Shown here one piece after another: positions 18,661 through 28,014 of a stretch of DNA of 39,814 nt. The position numbers were made by a program, and so were the translations under genes. The notes beneath the pieces are model-generated. The model saw only the letters and a program-made list of their open reading frames with translations. It was not told where the DNA came from and did not search any database. The stretch is from a virus. Its lineage: Duplodnaviria > Caudoviricetes. How positions within the stretch are numbered: position 1 is the first letter of the stretch; each line of letters opens with the position of its first letter. The stretch spans positions 1 to 39,814 of IMG/VR virus record IMGVR_UViG_3300012267_000194. One strand, 5' to 3'.

Positions 18661-20564
18661 TGAGTTATATTTTAAATAGAACAGATGGAACTATTCTAGT
18701 AGAGTTAGTAGATGGAATATTGGACACTGACACTACTGACATCGCATTAGTAGGACGAAATTTTACAGGCTATGGCGAGTTCATTAACGAAAACTTTGTC
18801 AAGATGCTCGAGAACTTTGCGAACTCAACCGTTCCTCTTTCTCCTCTGAAAGGTCAATTGTGGTACGATACTAGTATAAACAAGTTGCAAATATACAACG
18901 GTGAAGAATTTCAGCCAGCAGCAGGAAGTTTTGTTGGCATACTTCCGCCGCAAGATCCTATTGCAGGTGACACATGGTACGACACATCGTCGAATCAGTT
19001 ATACTTATTTGACGGCGAAGACTTTCAACTTGTAGGACCTCAGTTCACACTTCAACAAGGCAAAAGCGGAATATTTGTACGAACCGTGCAGGATCAGAAT
19101 TTTAACCCAAGAACAGTGTTAGAGATTAGGCTCGGCGAAACATTGCAAGCGATAGTATCACGAATTCAGATTACGCCGGGCAATACTTTTGGAAATATAG
19201 TTCCTGAGTTAGTAACAACTGGAAACCCTGATGGAATCATCTATCCAGGAATAAACGTTGTTAATCCTTACGAGTTTCAATATCGTGGCACAGCAGCATT
19301 AGCACAAGGCCTTATCACAGGAACTAACCTTGCAACAGAATTTTCTACAGACAAAGTACTTCGAAATGATCAGAGAGGCACTGTTGCCGGAGACTTAACT
19401 TTGTTTGGAGATCCGCCAGAAGGAATAGTACCGGCATTACAATTAATAGACAGCAGTGTAAGACTATTTGTAGAAACTCAGTCTTCCAACCCTGACACCG
19501 ATGATGTTATATTAGAAGTACAAGACCAAGGACGTAACACTCGTTTAAAAGTATTCGACCCGGGCGATACAGCAACAAGAGATGCTATTACTATTGATCC
19601 GATAGCCGGCAACCTTGGTATATTCAGCCGTGATCCGCAGTTTACATTAGATGTAACTGGCGACGCCAGAATTACAGGAGAGCTAACGGTAGAAGGCACA
19701 ATTACTACTATTGAATCAACTATCTTGCGTGTTGCAGACAAGAATATTGAGTTAGGTATTGTTCCAGACGAGTCTAGTCAACCTAGTGATACAACAGCAG
19801 ACGGAGGCGGCATAACATTACTAGGCAACACTAACAAGACTCTTAATTGGGTTAATACTACTAGTAGCTGGACTTCTAGTGAAAATGTTGACTTAGCAAC
19901 CGGTAAAGAATATAGAATTAATAACACAAAGGTTATCGATGTTGACAGTCTTGGAACAACTATTACAAGTGCGCCGGGAGTAACGTCAGTTGGAACTCTA
20001 ACAGACTTAACAGTAGACGACATCTTCATAGACGGTTCGACAGTTACAGTATCGACAGGCCTGACTTTTAATGCCAACGGCAACATCAGTGTATCAAGCA
20101 GTAAAATTACTGATTTAGTACAACCAGAAGTGGATACCGATGCTGCAAATAAAGTGTACGTTGATGAACAGATTGATAATTCGTTGCTGGCGTTTTCGAT
20201 AGATATTACAGCATGGTCTACAGCAGAAGGTGACGTAAGAACTAACATCCGCAAGTACTTAGATGCAGTGTTCGAACCTGATGCTGTTCTTAATGACGGT
20301 AAACAGGCTAAGATAATTACGACACGAATTACTAGCACAGAGATCACTGGTATTAATGTTGAAGCACAGTCAACCGTGACTCCTGCAGACGTACTTATAA
20401 ACTTATCAGGTGATAAAGTATCAGTAGTACAAGATATAAGTTTGCCTACTGATTTGTCAGTAGCGTATACCCCTAGTGTACTAAGAGAAGTTAGAACATT
20501 TGAAATTGTTAGCGGTGCGTGGCAGTATGTCTCAGGTCCTGTTACAGTGCCTGGAATCTTATAA
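18660..20564 (+). CDS. Tail fibre-like virion protein (634 aa)
   Basis: Start reassigned to the ATG at 18660, overlapping the previous stop (TAATG). It has the shared N-terminal 'GRNFTGYGEFINENFVKMLENFAN...GQLWYD' module and fibre motifs 'P.FTLDVTGDARITG.LTV.G', 'DKNIELG...ADGGGI' and 'DAANKVYVD'. Confidence 0.75.
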   Translation: MSYILNRTDGTILVELVDGILDTDTTDIALVGRNFTGYGEFINENFVKMLENFANSTVPLSPLKGQLWYDTSINKLQIYNGEEFQPAAGSFVGILPPQDPIAGDTWYDTSSNQLYLFDGEDFQLVGPQFTLQQGKSGIFVRTVQDQNFNPRTVLEIRLGETLQAIVSRIQITPGNTFGNIVPELVTTGNPDGIIYPGINVVNPYEFQYRGTAALAQGLITGTNLATEFSTDKVLRNDQRGTVAGDLTLFGDPPEGIVPALQLIDSSVRLFVETQSSNPDTDDVILEVQDQGRNTRLKVFDPGDTATRDAITIDPIAGNLGIFSRDPQFTLDVTGDARITGELTVEGTITTIESTILRVADKNIELGIVPDESSQPSDTTADGGGITLLGNTNKTLNWVNTTSSWTSSENVDLATGKEYRINNTKVIDVDSLGTTITSAPGVTSVGTLTDLTVDDIFIDGSTVTVSTGLTFNANGNISVSSSKITDLVQPEVDTDAANKVYVDEQIDNSLLAFSIDITAWSTAEGDVRTNIRKYLDAVFEPDAVLNDGKQAKIITTRITSTEITGINVEAQSTVTPADVLINLSGDKVSVVQDISLPTDLSVAYTPSVLREVRTFEIVSGAWQYVSGPVTVPGIL

Positions 20565-20583
20565 TACTCAGTACGATAAAACG

Positions 20584-20591
20584 GATAAATA
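20584..20591 (+). promoter_or_regulatory. Putative late promoter (GATAAATA)
   Basis: TAAATA core in the 57-nt intergenic gap upstream of the ATG at 20622. Confidence 0.5.
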
Positions 20592-20621
20592 ATAAAAAGC
20601 ACATAAAGGGGATATGCAAAC

Positions 20622-22091
20622 ATGGCTTATCAGATAGACAGATACAACAGGACGTTGTTAACTATAGTAGAAGACGGTACACTCGACCAAACAACCGATT
20701 TGCGGTTCATTGGCAAAAATTATGCTGGTTACGGTGAGATTCACAACGAAAACTTCCTGTTTCTACTAGAAAACTTTGCAAACGCAAATCCACCTCCGAA
20801 AGCACTAGAAGGCCAGGTATGGTTTGACAGCGCCGAAGGCAAACTAAAGTTCTATGACGGCGATGTTTGGAGAGCAACAGGCGGCAGTGAAGTTTCAGCA
20901 ACAGCGCCAGTTGGGTTAAGCGTTGGCGATTTTTGGTGGGACAGCGGAAATGATCAGCTGTATGTATACAGTGGGTCGGAGTTTGTTCTAATTGGACCTC
21001 AGTCATCGGGTTCCGGACTTACACAAATGATCAGTCTCGAAGTAATTGATTCTGTTAATACCGCAAGGCCTGTTATTGTTTCGTATGTTGAGAATACTCC
21101 TATCTCTGTTTTTTCGCCGTCTGAATTTGAAATTAACAGTATCGAAGAACTTAGTGAGCAGGGGTTTACTAGAATTTCAAGAGGTATTACACTAAAAGAC
21201 TCTACTGACGGTGTTACAACCTCAGCATATCGCTTTAAAGGTACAGCAACTAACGCAGACAAGCTAAACAACAGATTGTCTAGCGAGTTTGTTACAGTTG
21301 ATAACCCAGACTTTGTAAATCAGATTACAACTAATGTTGACGGCGTTCTAACAGCTGGTGCCTTTGGGTTTTCAGCCGAAACAGGCGGAACTGATCCGTT
21401 GCGCGGGGTTATTAGTAACACTAGTGGTCCTAATAACGAGATTAGATTTAAAGCGAACAACGTAAACGATGCAAGTATTCACAGTGTTTCTATTACATCG
21501 GCTGGTATTATGCCAGCAGCAACAAACACATTTGACCTAGGCACAAGTTCGTTGCGATTTAGATCAATCTATGCTGATAATTTCAGTGGCGGCCAAGCTA
21601 CAAAGGCAGATACACTAAAGATTTCAGCAAGCACTTATCTAAGTGCGTCAGTTAGTGCAGTGCCAGATACTATTGTTGCACGTTCTTCAGGCAATGTTAT
21701 CTTTGCAAGCGAGTTCAACGGTACAGCAACTAGCGCAAAATACGCTGACTTGGCAGAGAAGTATACTACAGATAAAGAATATCCAACAGGCACAATTATG
21801 TCAGTTGGCGGCGCTGAAGAAACAACTGCATCTGGACTAAATGACATTGTAATTGGCGTAGTGTCTGCAGAACCTGCGTTTTTGATGAACTCAGCTAGCG
21901 AAGGTCAAGCACTTGCACTTAAAGGACGAGTTCCTGTTCGTGTAACCGGACGAGTTAAGAAAGGCCAGGCTATATACGTAGCCGGCGCAGGCATAGGTTC
22001 TGCAATGACTTCGTTGTCTCTCGTAGGTGTTGCATTGGAAGATAAAGTCAGTGACTCGGAAGGCTTAGTAGAGTGCGTTCTCAAAGTATAA
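20622..22091 (+). CDS. Tail fibre/spike protein with C-terminal intramolecular chaperone-like (peptidase G2/S74-type) domain
   Basis: Shared N-terminal fibre module and a 'P..TNTFDLGTSSLRFRSIY' fibre motif. The C-terminal 'YADLAEKY...GVVS..PAFLMN...ALKGRVPVRV.G.VKKG' is typical of autocleaving chaperone-like domains. Confidence 0.75.
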   Translation: MAYQIDRYNRTLLTIVEDGTLDQTTDLRFIGKNYAGYGEIHNENFLFLLENFANANPPPKALEGQVWFDSAEGKLKFYDGDVWRATGGSEVSATAPVGLSVGDFWWDSGNDQLYVYSGSEFVLIGPQSSGSGLTQMISLEVIDSVNTARPVIVSYVENTPISVFSPSEFEINSIEELSEQGFTRISRGITLKDSTDGVTTSAYRFKGTATNADKLNNRLSSEFVTVDNPDFVNQITTNVDGVLTAGAFGFSAETGGTDPLRGVISNTSGPNNEIRFKANNVNDASIHSVSITSAGIMPAATNTFDLGTSSLRFRSIYADNFSGGQATKADTLKISASTYLSASVSAVPDTIVARSSGNVIFASEFNGTATSAKYADLAEKYTTDKEYPTGTIMSVGGAEETTASGLNDIVIGVVSAEPAFLMNSASEGQALALKGRVPVRVTGRVKKGQAIYVAGAGIGSAMTSLSLVGVALEDKVSDSEGLVECVLKV

Positions 22092-22094
22092 ATA
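22087..22094 (+). promoter_or_regulatory. T4-type late promoter TATAAATA
   Basis: Exact T4 late consensus overlapping the stop of the upstream gene, 25 nt before the ATG at 22120, with an AAGGA RBS in between. Confidence 0.7.
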
Positions 22095-22119
22095 AGTGCA
22101 CACTTAATAAGGAACTATA

Positions 22120-23085
22120 ATGGCAGTTACTTCAGGCGGTAGAATTTTAGCCTCAGAATACAACAGCTTACAGAGCAGATTGCAAAGACTATTAGGCACT
22201 GGTACAAGTACGTTCGGATACGGGCAAACAGTAACTAGTTCTCAAATAGGTATAGGCAGTACTGTGACAGCAGCTAGAATGGCTAAACTACGGACTGATC
22301 TTGAGAAAGCATATACGTTCCAAACCGGTCAGCCTATTCAACTAACAGAGATAACAACAGGCGATCTTGTAGCTGCTGAAATAAGTGGTGGCGACGAAAC
22401 AAAAGGGTTTCAAGATTACCTAGATCTAATGTCCACGTTAGAGACTAATAGGTTTGATTTTGACCCAACTCAAGTCGAAGCGGTAACTGCAATAACCTCT
22501 AATGCACGTACAAGCCAGTGGAGTCGAGTTACAATAACCTCGGAGTTTGAACTCTCGTTTGCATCTTCCAATAAAAGACGTCATTTCTTTAATACAGGCG
22601 GCCAAGTACGTGTCTCTGGTTTTGTTGATAATATAACATCCGGATCAGATAGCTTACAACGTAACCAGGGGTGGAAAGACATGATTGAAAACCCGGGGAT
22701 TATTTTGTTTGATCGTAATTCAGTTGGCGTAACGAACGTCGGCGCGTTAAACCTTACGTTTCCGCAAGGTAACAACTTTGGTAATGATCAAGTAACTGGC
22801 ACTTATACCGAAATTTTTAGAAAACAAGCTGCTGGCGCAGTATATTCAAATAGCTACTGGACGCTTGAAGTGCGTTCGACATCTGCATCTACTGTTAGAT
22901 TCAGGGTTAGACTGTTTGACGGCGGTCCAGAAAGTGATTCGGACGGTCTTGCAAGAGGCAGCGTATACGGCGGCGTAAACGAACCAGTAACCGCTGACAT
23001 CACAATGCAATATGGCGGCCGGCGCGCAGTAGGCGCAGTCGAAGTGCCGTTTCCTGCCTATGTTGTAGTAAATAGTTTCCAATAA
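22120..23085 (+). CDS. Probable virion structural protein (321 aa)
   Basis: S/T/G-rich, preceded by a late promoter and RBS, and last gene of the tail block. The 'GYGQ' and 'RRHFFNTGGQVR' motifs resemble structural proteins of large myophages. The function is not identified. Confidence 0.55.
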   Translation: MAVTSGGRILASEYNSLQSRLQRLLGTGTSTFGYGQTVTSSQIGIGSTVTAARMAKLRTDLEKAYTFQTGQPIQLTEITTGDLVAAEISGGDETKGFQDYLDLMSTLETNRFDFDPTQVEAVTAITSNARTSQWSRVTITSEFELSFASSNKRRHFFNTGGQVRVSGFVDNITSGSDSLQRNQGWKDMIENPGIILFDRNSVGVTNVGALNLTFPQGNNFGNDQVTGTYTEIFRKQAAGAVYSNSYWTLEVRSTSASTVRFRVRLFDGGPESDSDGLARGSVYGGVNEPVTADITMQYGGRRAVGAVEVPFPAYVVVNSFQ

Positions 23086-23088
23086 TGG

Positions 23089-23117
23089 TTGACTAGATGC
23101 TCCTAATGTCATAAAAT
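23089..23117 (+). promoter_or_regulatory. Sigma70-type promoter TTGACT-N17-TAAAAT
   Basis: The -35 TTGACT (23089-23094) and -10 TAAAAT (23112-23117) each match consensus 5/6, with an ideal 17-nt spacer. An AGGAGA RBS precedes the ATG at 23140. Confidence 0.65.
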
Positions 23118-23139
23118 ATAGTATGACTAGGAGACTTCT

Positions 23140-23493
23140 ATGGACGAACGACTTGAAAAAGCATTAGACTTTTCAAATTACATGATCACGCTTAACAACC
23201 AGAAGCGTATTCTCAAAGAAAAATACCGCGAACAAATTATCTTTTATCATGCCGGCGCACAGTTTACAGTGACCAAAGAACTGATGACATTTGTAACAAT
23301 GCTAGTAGAAAAAGAGTATGTCGAAGACGTTGTGCTTGTAGACGACAACGAGACTCCCGCAATGATCAGCGATTTAGAAGCCTTCTTAGACGATATTACT
23401 GATGTCTACTTCTCTGCCACCAACACTTTCCATGCTGAATACACCAGACTCAAGAACAATCGGTCTGTGGAGAAACTAACAGACCATGACTAA
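23140..23493 (+). CDS. Hypothetical protein (117 aa), possible tail-fibre assembly/chaperone-like
   Basis: Good RBS and a helical, acidic sequence. The 'VLVDDNETPAMISDLEAF' segment is loosely reminiscent of DUF4376-type proteins. The function is uncertain. Confidence 0.6.
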   Translation: MDERLEKALDFSNYMITLNNQKRILKEKYREQIIFYHAGAQFTVTKELMTFVTMLVEKEYVEDVVLVDDNETPAMISDLEAFLDDITDVYFSATNTFHAEYTRLKNNRSVEKLTDHD

Positions 23494-24331
23494 AGGCATA
23501 CTAGTGTTTGCGAGCAACAATTCGCATGTTGACTATGTAAAGCAGGCATATTTTCTTGCACAACGAGCAAAGGAATACCTAGGACTTCCGACTACGATTG
23601 TCACAGATAGTGAAAAATACCTGCGAACAGTCTATGAAGATGCCGACACAGTGTTCGACAATGTCATTCCTGTTGCTTACAAACTAACAGACAACGTCAA
23701 AGCGTTTAACGACGGCGCTCTAGCTTCTAAAAGATTAGAATGGAAGAATGACCTGCGACCAAAGTCATATGAGATGTCACCGTATGACGAAACTCTTGTT
23801 CTTGATACTGACGTGGTTATATCCAATAACAGTTTCCTGAAGTGTTTTGATAATCATCACGATTTACTGATGTACAAAGATTGTGTTGACATAACAGGTA
23901 TAGATCGTGGCAAGGAGTTTGAGACAATCTCAGACACAAGTGTAGATTTTTACTGGGCAACTGTTATTTTCTTCCGTAAGTCTGAAACTAACAAAGTGTT
24001 TTTTGACTTAGTGCAGCACATACAAGAAAATTGGAAACATTACAGCAACGTCTTTCAACTAAGTCGTTCTTTGTATCGAAATGATTTTGCGTTTAGTATG
24101 GCAATCCATGTTATGAACGGGTACCAACCAGGCAATTTTGTTAAACCTATGCCCGGCAGTCTTTATTACATTACAGACAAGTCAATACTTTGGAGCATCG
24201 ACGGCGACAGTTTGTTTATTCTGTTAGAGAAGCCCAAGTACGCCGGCGAGTATACAGCGTTTAGAATTAAAGATGCTAATGTTCACGTGATGAACAAATT
24301 TAGCTTAAACAGGTGCATTGATGAGCAGTAA
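23486..24331 (+). CDS. GT-A fold glycosyltransferase-like protein (GT8-like)
   Basis: N-terminal 'KGILVFA' strand and DxD motif in SPYDETLVLDTD. It is a paralogue of the next gene. Confidence 0.7.
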   Translation: MTKGILVFASNNSHVDYVKQAYFLAQRAKEYLGLPTTIVTDSEKYLRTVYEDADTVFDNVIPVAYKLTDNVKAFNDGALASKRLEWKNDLRPKSYEMSPYDETLVLDTDVVISNNSFLKCFDNHHDLLMYKDCVDITGIDRGKEFETISDTSVDFYWATVIFFRKSETNKVFFDLVQHIQENWKHYSNVFQLSRSLYRNDFAFSMAIHVMNGYQPGNFVKPMPGSLYYITDKSILWSIDGDSLFILLEKPKYAGEYTAFRIKDANVHVMNKFSLNRCIDEQ

Positions 24332-25148
24332 AGGATTCCTAATATATGCAGAGGGTAAAGAATATGTCACGCAAGCCTACCTCTGTGCATTAAGTATAAA
24401 AGCAAGTGGCAACGAATACCCTGTCAGTATTGTTACTAACGACAAGTTGCTTAAAAAACAAGAAAAAGTTTTTGACAAGATAATAGAAATTCCCTGGTAC
24501 GAGCTAACAAACAGCCGTTTCAAAACAGAACATCGGTGGAAGCTATACCACGCTACTCCTTACGACCAAACAATTGTGCTAGACAGCGATGTGTTAGTCT
24601 TAGACAACCAAGCACCGTTCTGGGAGTTTCTTGATAATTACGACTTGTACTTTCCTTGCCGAGTTTTTAGCTATCGCAACGAACTAGTTAATGAGGAGAC
24701 TAACCCTTACCGTGCGGCGTTTCGCGAAAACGAACTACCGAATTTTTATAATGCAGCACACTACTTTAGAAAGTCTGAACTTGCGCACACGTTTTACGAT
24801 TGGGTAGAACTAGTAACTAAAAACTGGGAGCTATTTTACGGTAACTTTTGTAAGGAACACTATCCAAAAGAACCCAGTATGGACATTACTACGTCGATTG
24901 TGTCGCGTATCTTAGACATCGACGACGACATCTCAAATAGAGGATACTCGGCACCTTACATTAAGCACATGCAGCCAGGATTACAAGGCTGGGAGTCTAC
25001 ACCAGTTACTTGGCAAAGTCGCGTTGGTGTTTACCTTACAGATTCAGTACAGCTTAAAATAGGCAATCATTTACAAGACGGAATATTTCATTACACTGAG
25101 AATGATTTTGTTACGCCAGAAATTATAAGGAAGTTTGAAAATGTCTGA
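24321..25148 (+). CDS. GT-A fold glycosyltransferase-like protein (GT8-like)
   Basis: Motifs 'YVTQAYLCALSIK', 'KVFDKII' and 'RWKLYHATPYDQTIVLDSD' (DxD), with a C-terminal 'IFHY'. The ATG at 24321 overlaps the upstream gene end. Confidence 0.75.
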   Translation: MSSKGFLIYAEGKEYVTQAYLCALSIKASGNEYPVSIVTNDKLLKKQEKVFDKIIEIPWYELTNSRFKTEHRWKLYHATPYDQTIVLDSDVLVLDNQAPFWEFLDNYDLYFPCRVFSYRNELVNEETNPYRAAFRENELPNFYNAAHYFRKSELAHTFYDWVELVTKNWELFYGNFCKEHYPKEPSMDITTSIVSRILDIDDDISNRGYSAPYIKHMQPGLQGWESTPVTWQSRVGVYLTDSVQLKIGNHLQDGIFHYTENDFVTPEIIRKFENV

Positions 25149-25722
25149 AAAAATGATGTATGTAAAATTTGATAAAGAGACAGGATCGATACTAGGGATC
25201 AAAGCTACAGAGTACACGGGCGAGAACTCGATTCCAGTGCCGCTCGACAAAGTAAGAAAGCTAATTAGTGGCGAAGATTCGACTACTGCATTTGAAGTAC
25301 GGTACAACACCAAGATTAAGCAGATGGAGTTCGGTAGTCGATACGACACACAGATGAGAGGAAATTCTGTAAACAATTTTATCTACGATGTTCCACAAGG
25401 AGTCGGCAAATCTCCAGACATTTTGATTGTCCAAGACGTTGTGAACACTTGTTGGAAGGTACACATCGGTGCAGTGCTTGGCGATAGTCTTAGAGGGAAA
25501 GGAGTTGCCGTAAACGACAGGATGATGTTAAGCGTCACCGCTAAAGGAGATCCTAATATTCTTTACAAAACTCTTTTTGTTGAACTTGCTGACGTAGTGC
25601 GTGATAATTATGTTGTACTGCCGTTCACTATGCCGTTTGAGCATTCAGACGAGCCTATAAGCATATTTACATCACGCAAATTTGACACGTACCAGTTTAA
25701 GAGGATTTTTAATGAGCAATAA
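25141..25722 (+). CDS. Hypothetical protein (193 aa)
   Basis: ATG at 25141 overlapping the previous gene end, and overlapping coupling to the next gene. No recognisable catalytic motif. Confidence 0.65.
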   Translation: MSEKMMYVKFDKETGSILGIKATEYTGENSIPVPLDKVRKLISGEDSTTAFEVRYNTKIKQMEFGSRYDTQMRGNSVNNFIYDVPQGVGKSPDILIVQDVVNTCWKVHIGAVLGDSLRGKGVAVNDRMMLSVTAKGDPNILYKTLFVELADVVRDNYVVLPFTMPFEHSDEPISIFTSRKFDTYQFKRIFNEQ

Positions 25723-26614
25723 GATTAGAGTTGTAGACCAAGATATCATTTTCTTGTCCTATGACGAACCTAATGCAGAAAAGAACTACGCAGACCTTTG
25801 TACCAAGATTCCATGGGCCAAGCGTGTTCACGGAGTCAAAGGCAGCGATGCAGCGCACAAAGCGTGTGCAGCATTAAGTGAAACAGAATATTTTGTTACA
25901 ATCGATGCTGATAACATCATTGATCCTAATTTCTTGAATATAGAGATAGACTTAGACGAGTTAGGACTTACAGACAAGCATGTTTTCAGCTGGTGCGGAA
26001 ACGTCCATGTTAACGGCTTGCGTTATGGCAACGGTGGCCTTAAGATGTGGACTCGTGAATTTGTAAACAACATGAAGACACATGAAAATGCCGACGCAAC
26101 TGATCATCGTAGTGTTGTAGAGTTTTGTTTCAGCGATCTTTATTACCAATTCAATACGAACTACTGTACAAGTTACACAAACGAAACACCGTTTCAGGCA
26201 TGGCGAGCAGGGTTCCGCGAAGGAGTGAAGATGAGTTTGAACCAAGGCGAAAAGACATCTATGCTGAAGTCCGTGTGGTGGCAAAATTATGACCGGTTGC
26301 TTATTTGGTGCAATGTTGGCGCCGATGTAAAGAACGGTATCTGGAGTATGTTAGGCGCTCGAGAAGGCGTTTATATGACAAACTGCACAGATTGGGATTA
26401 CACTCAAGTCAGAGACTTCGAATATCTAACAGAATATTGGTACGAAATGTACGGCAGCTTCTCAGAAGATGATGCAAAATTCAAGATAGTAAACACAGGA
26501 CAAGCATTGCGCGAAGAATTAGATCTTGAAGTTGCAGAACTAGACGATAACGCATCAAAGTTTTTCAAACAAGTGTACGAAAATACACCAAGAATTATAG
26601 GAAGGATTAAGTGA
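25712..26614 (+). CDS. GT-A fold nucleotide-diphospho-sugar transferase-like protein (300 aa)
   Basis: GAGGA RBS before the ATG at 25712. 'DIIFLSYDEPNAE', 'AAHKACA' and 'EYFVTIDADN' (DxD) follow the GT2-like layout. It is homologous to the C-terminal domain of 32541..34169. Confidence 0.7.
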   Translation: MSNKIRVVDQDIIFLSYDEPNAEKNYADLCTKIPWAKRVHGVKGSDAAHKACAALSETEYFVTIDADNIIDPNFLNIEIDLDELGLTDKHVFSWCGNVHVNGLRYGNGGLKMWTREFVNNMKTHENADATDHRSVVEFCFSDLYYQFNTNYCTSYTNETPFQAWRAGFREGVKMSLNQGEKTSMLKSVWWQNYDRLLIWCNVGADVKNGIWSMLGAREGVYMTNCTDWDYTQVRDFEYLTEYWYEMYGSFSEDDAKFKIVNTGQALREELDLEVAELDDNASKFFKQVYENTPRIIGRIK

Positions 26615-28014
26615 GCGATTTTTCAAACAGTAGATTAATAGCAGTCACACAAGAATTAGACGAAGTAGGGACAGGCTTTTGTTTGGCTAAGTGGAAGCAG
26701 GTGACGTTGCATCTTCACAGTGGCCAGACACATAGCTGCCATCACCCAACAGCACACAAGATTCCTGTTGAAGAGCTTGAAAACAATCCAAGCGCGTTGC
26801 ATAACACTAAGTATAAAAAAGAGCAGCGTAAAAAGATGCTGCAAGGCGAGCGCCCTAGCGAATGTGACTATTGTTGGCGCGTAGAAGATAGCAACGAAGA
26901 TGCTGTCAGCGATCGCACGTACAAGTCCTACGAGCCATGGGCGTTGCCATACATGGAAGAAATCAAGACAATGCCATGGGACCATGACGTTGTGCCTACT
27001 TACTTAGAAGTTAGTTTCAGCAGTGTATGTAATTTCAAGTGTAGCTATTGCGGACCGCAGGTTAGCAGTAAGTGGATGGATGAAATAAAGCAACACGGCG
27101 CGTACGAAACTAGTAAGCCATTTAACAGCTTGCATTCAATGGAGCAGAATGGAACAGTGCCTATTCCTGTGCGTGAATATAATCCATACGTGGACGCATT
27201 TTGGAAATGGTGGCCTGAGATTTCTGACAAGTTGCATCACTTTAGAATCACCGGCGGCGAGCCATTGCTGGCCAAAGATACGTTTAAGGTATTGGATTAC
27301 ATTATTGAGAACCCACTGCCTAATATTGAATTCTCTGTCAACAGTAATATGTGCATTCCGGATGAATTGTTTGAAAAGTTTTTTAGTAAGGTAAAGTATA
27401 TTTGCGACAACAATCTGGTTAAGAAGTTTAAGATATTCACAAGCGCCGAGGCTTATGGTGCCCAGGCAGAGTATATTAGACACGGCTTAGATTACGATAA
27501 ATGGTTGTACAATATTCGTCGCGTTCTAACAGAAGTACCAGGCTGTACTTTTACTTGTATGTGTACCTACAATCTGTTAAGCATGATATCTTTTGACAAG
27601 TTCTTAGAAGATATCCTTGCTATTAAGAAAGACTTTGGCGGCCCAGGTAAGGCTATTCCTATTATTTTAGATGTGCCGTATCTCAGATATCCTGATCATC
27701 AAGCTATTAAGATTGCGCCGCCGGAATGGAATGAGAAGTACATCACTAAACAACTAGAGTTTATTCGCAATAACCTAGAGTCGCCGCACGATATGAGTAT
27801 TTGTAATCAAGGATTCTACGAATGGGAAGGCGACAAGTTTAGCAGGTTGCAAGAAGTATTCTCAAATGAAAAGATGTCACGAGGCGAGCTAGAAACACTG
27901 CGAAAAGATTTTGTAATCTTTGTCGACGAGCATGATCGTCGACGTGGCACTGATTTCTTAGGAACTTTTCCGGAAATGGAGGGCGTGTACAGAGAATGGA
28001 AGAACTTAATCTAA
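26611..28014 (+). CDS. Radical SAM enzyme with N-terminal twitch/SPASM-like Fe-S domain
   Basis: CxxxCxxC motif (CNFKCSYC) and 'ITGGEPLL'. Extra N-terminal Cys/His cluster CLAKW...SCHH...ECDYCW. GTG start after a GGAAGGA RBS. Confidence 0.9.
   Translation: MSDFSNSRLIAVTQELDEVGTGFCLAKWKQVTLHLHSGQTHSCHHPTAHKIPVEELENNPSALHNTKYKKEQRKKMLQGERPSECDYCWRVEDSNEDAVSDRTYKSYEPWALPYMEEIKTMPWDHDVVPTYLEVSFSSVCNFKCSYCGPQVSSKWMDEIKQHGAYETSKPFNSLHSMEQNGTVPIPVREYNPYVDAFWKWWPEISDKLHHFRITGGEPLLAKDTFKVLDYIIENPLPNIEFSVNSNMCIPDELFEKFFSKVKYICDNNLVKKFKIFTSAEAYGAQAEYIRHGLDYDKWLYNIRRVLTEVPGCTFTCMCTYNLLSMISFDKFLEDILAIKKDFGGPGKAIPIILDVPYLRYPDHQAIKIAPPEWNEKYITKQLEFIRNNLESPHDMSICNQGFYEWEGDKFSRLQEVFSNEKMSRGELETLRKDFVIFVDEHDRRRGTDFLGTFPEMEGVYREWKNLI

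Noticed and set aside
19778-20623. 281-aa antisense ORF opposite the second tail fibre
   Set aside because: It is a shadow ORF. Its V/S/T/L-rich sequence has no motifs and follows from the codon bias of the well-supported plus-strand gene.
2206-22775. Numerous 60-100-aa antisense or alternate-frame ORFs inside structural genes
   Set aside because: They are fully nested in long, motif-bearing genes and have no recognisable domains.
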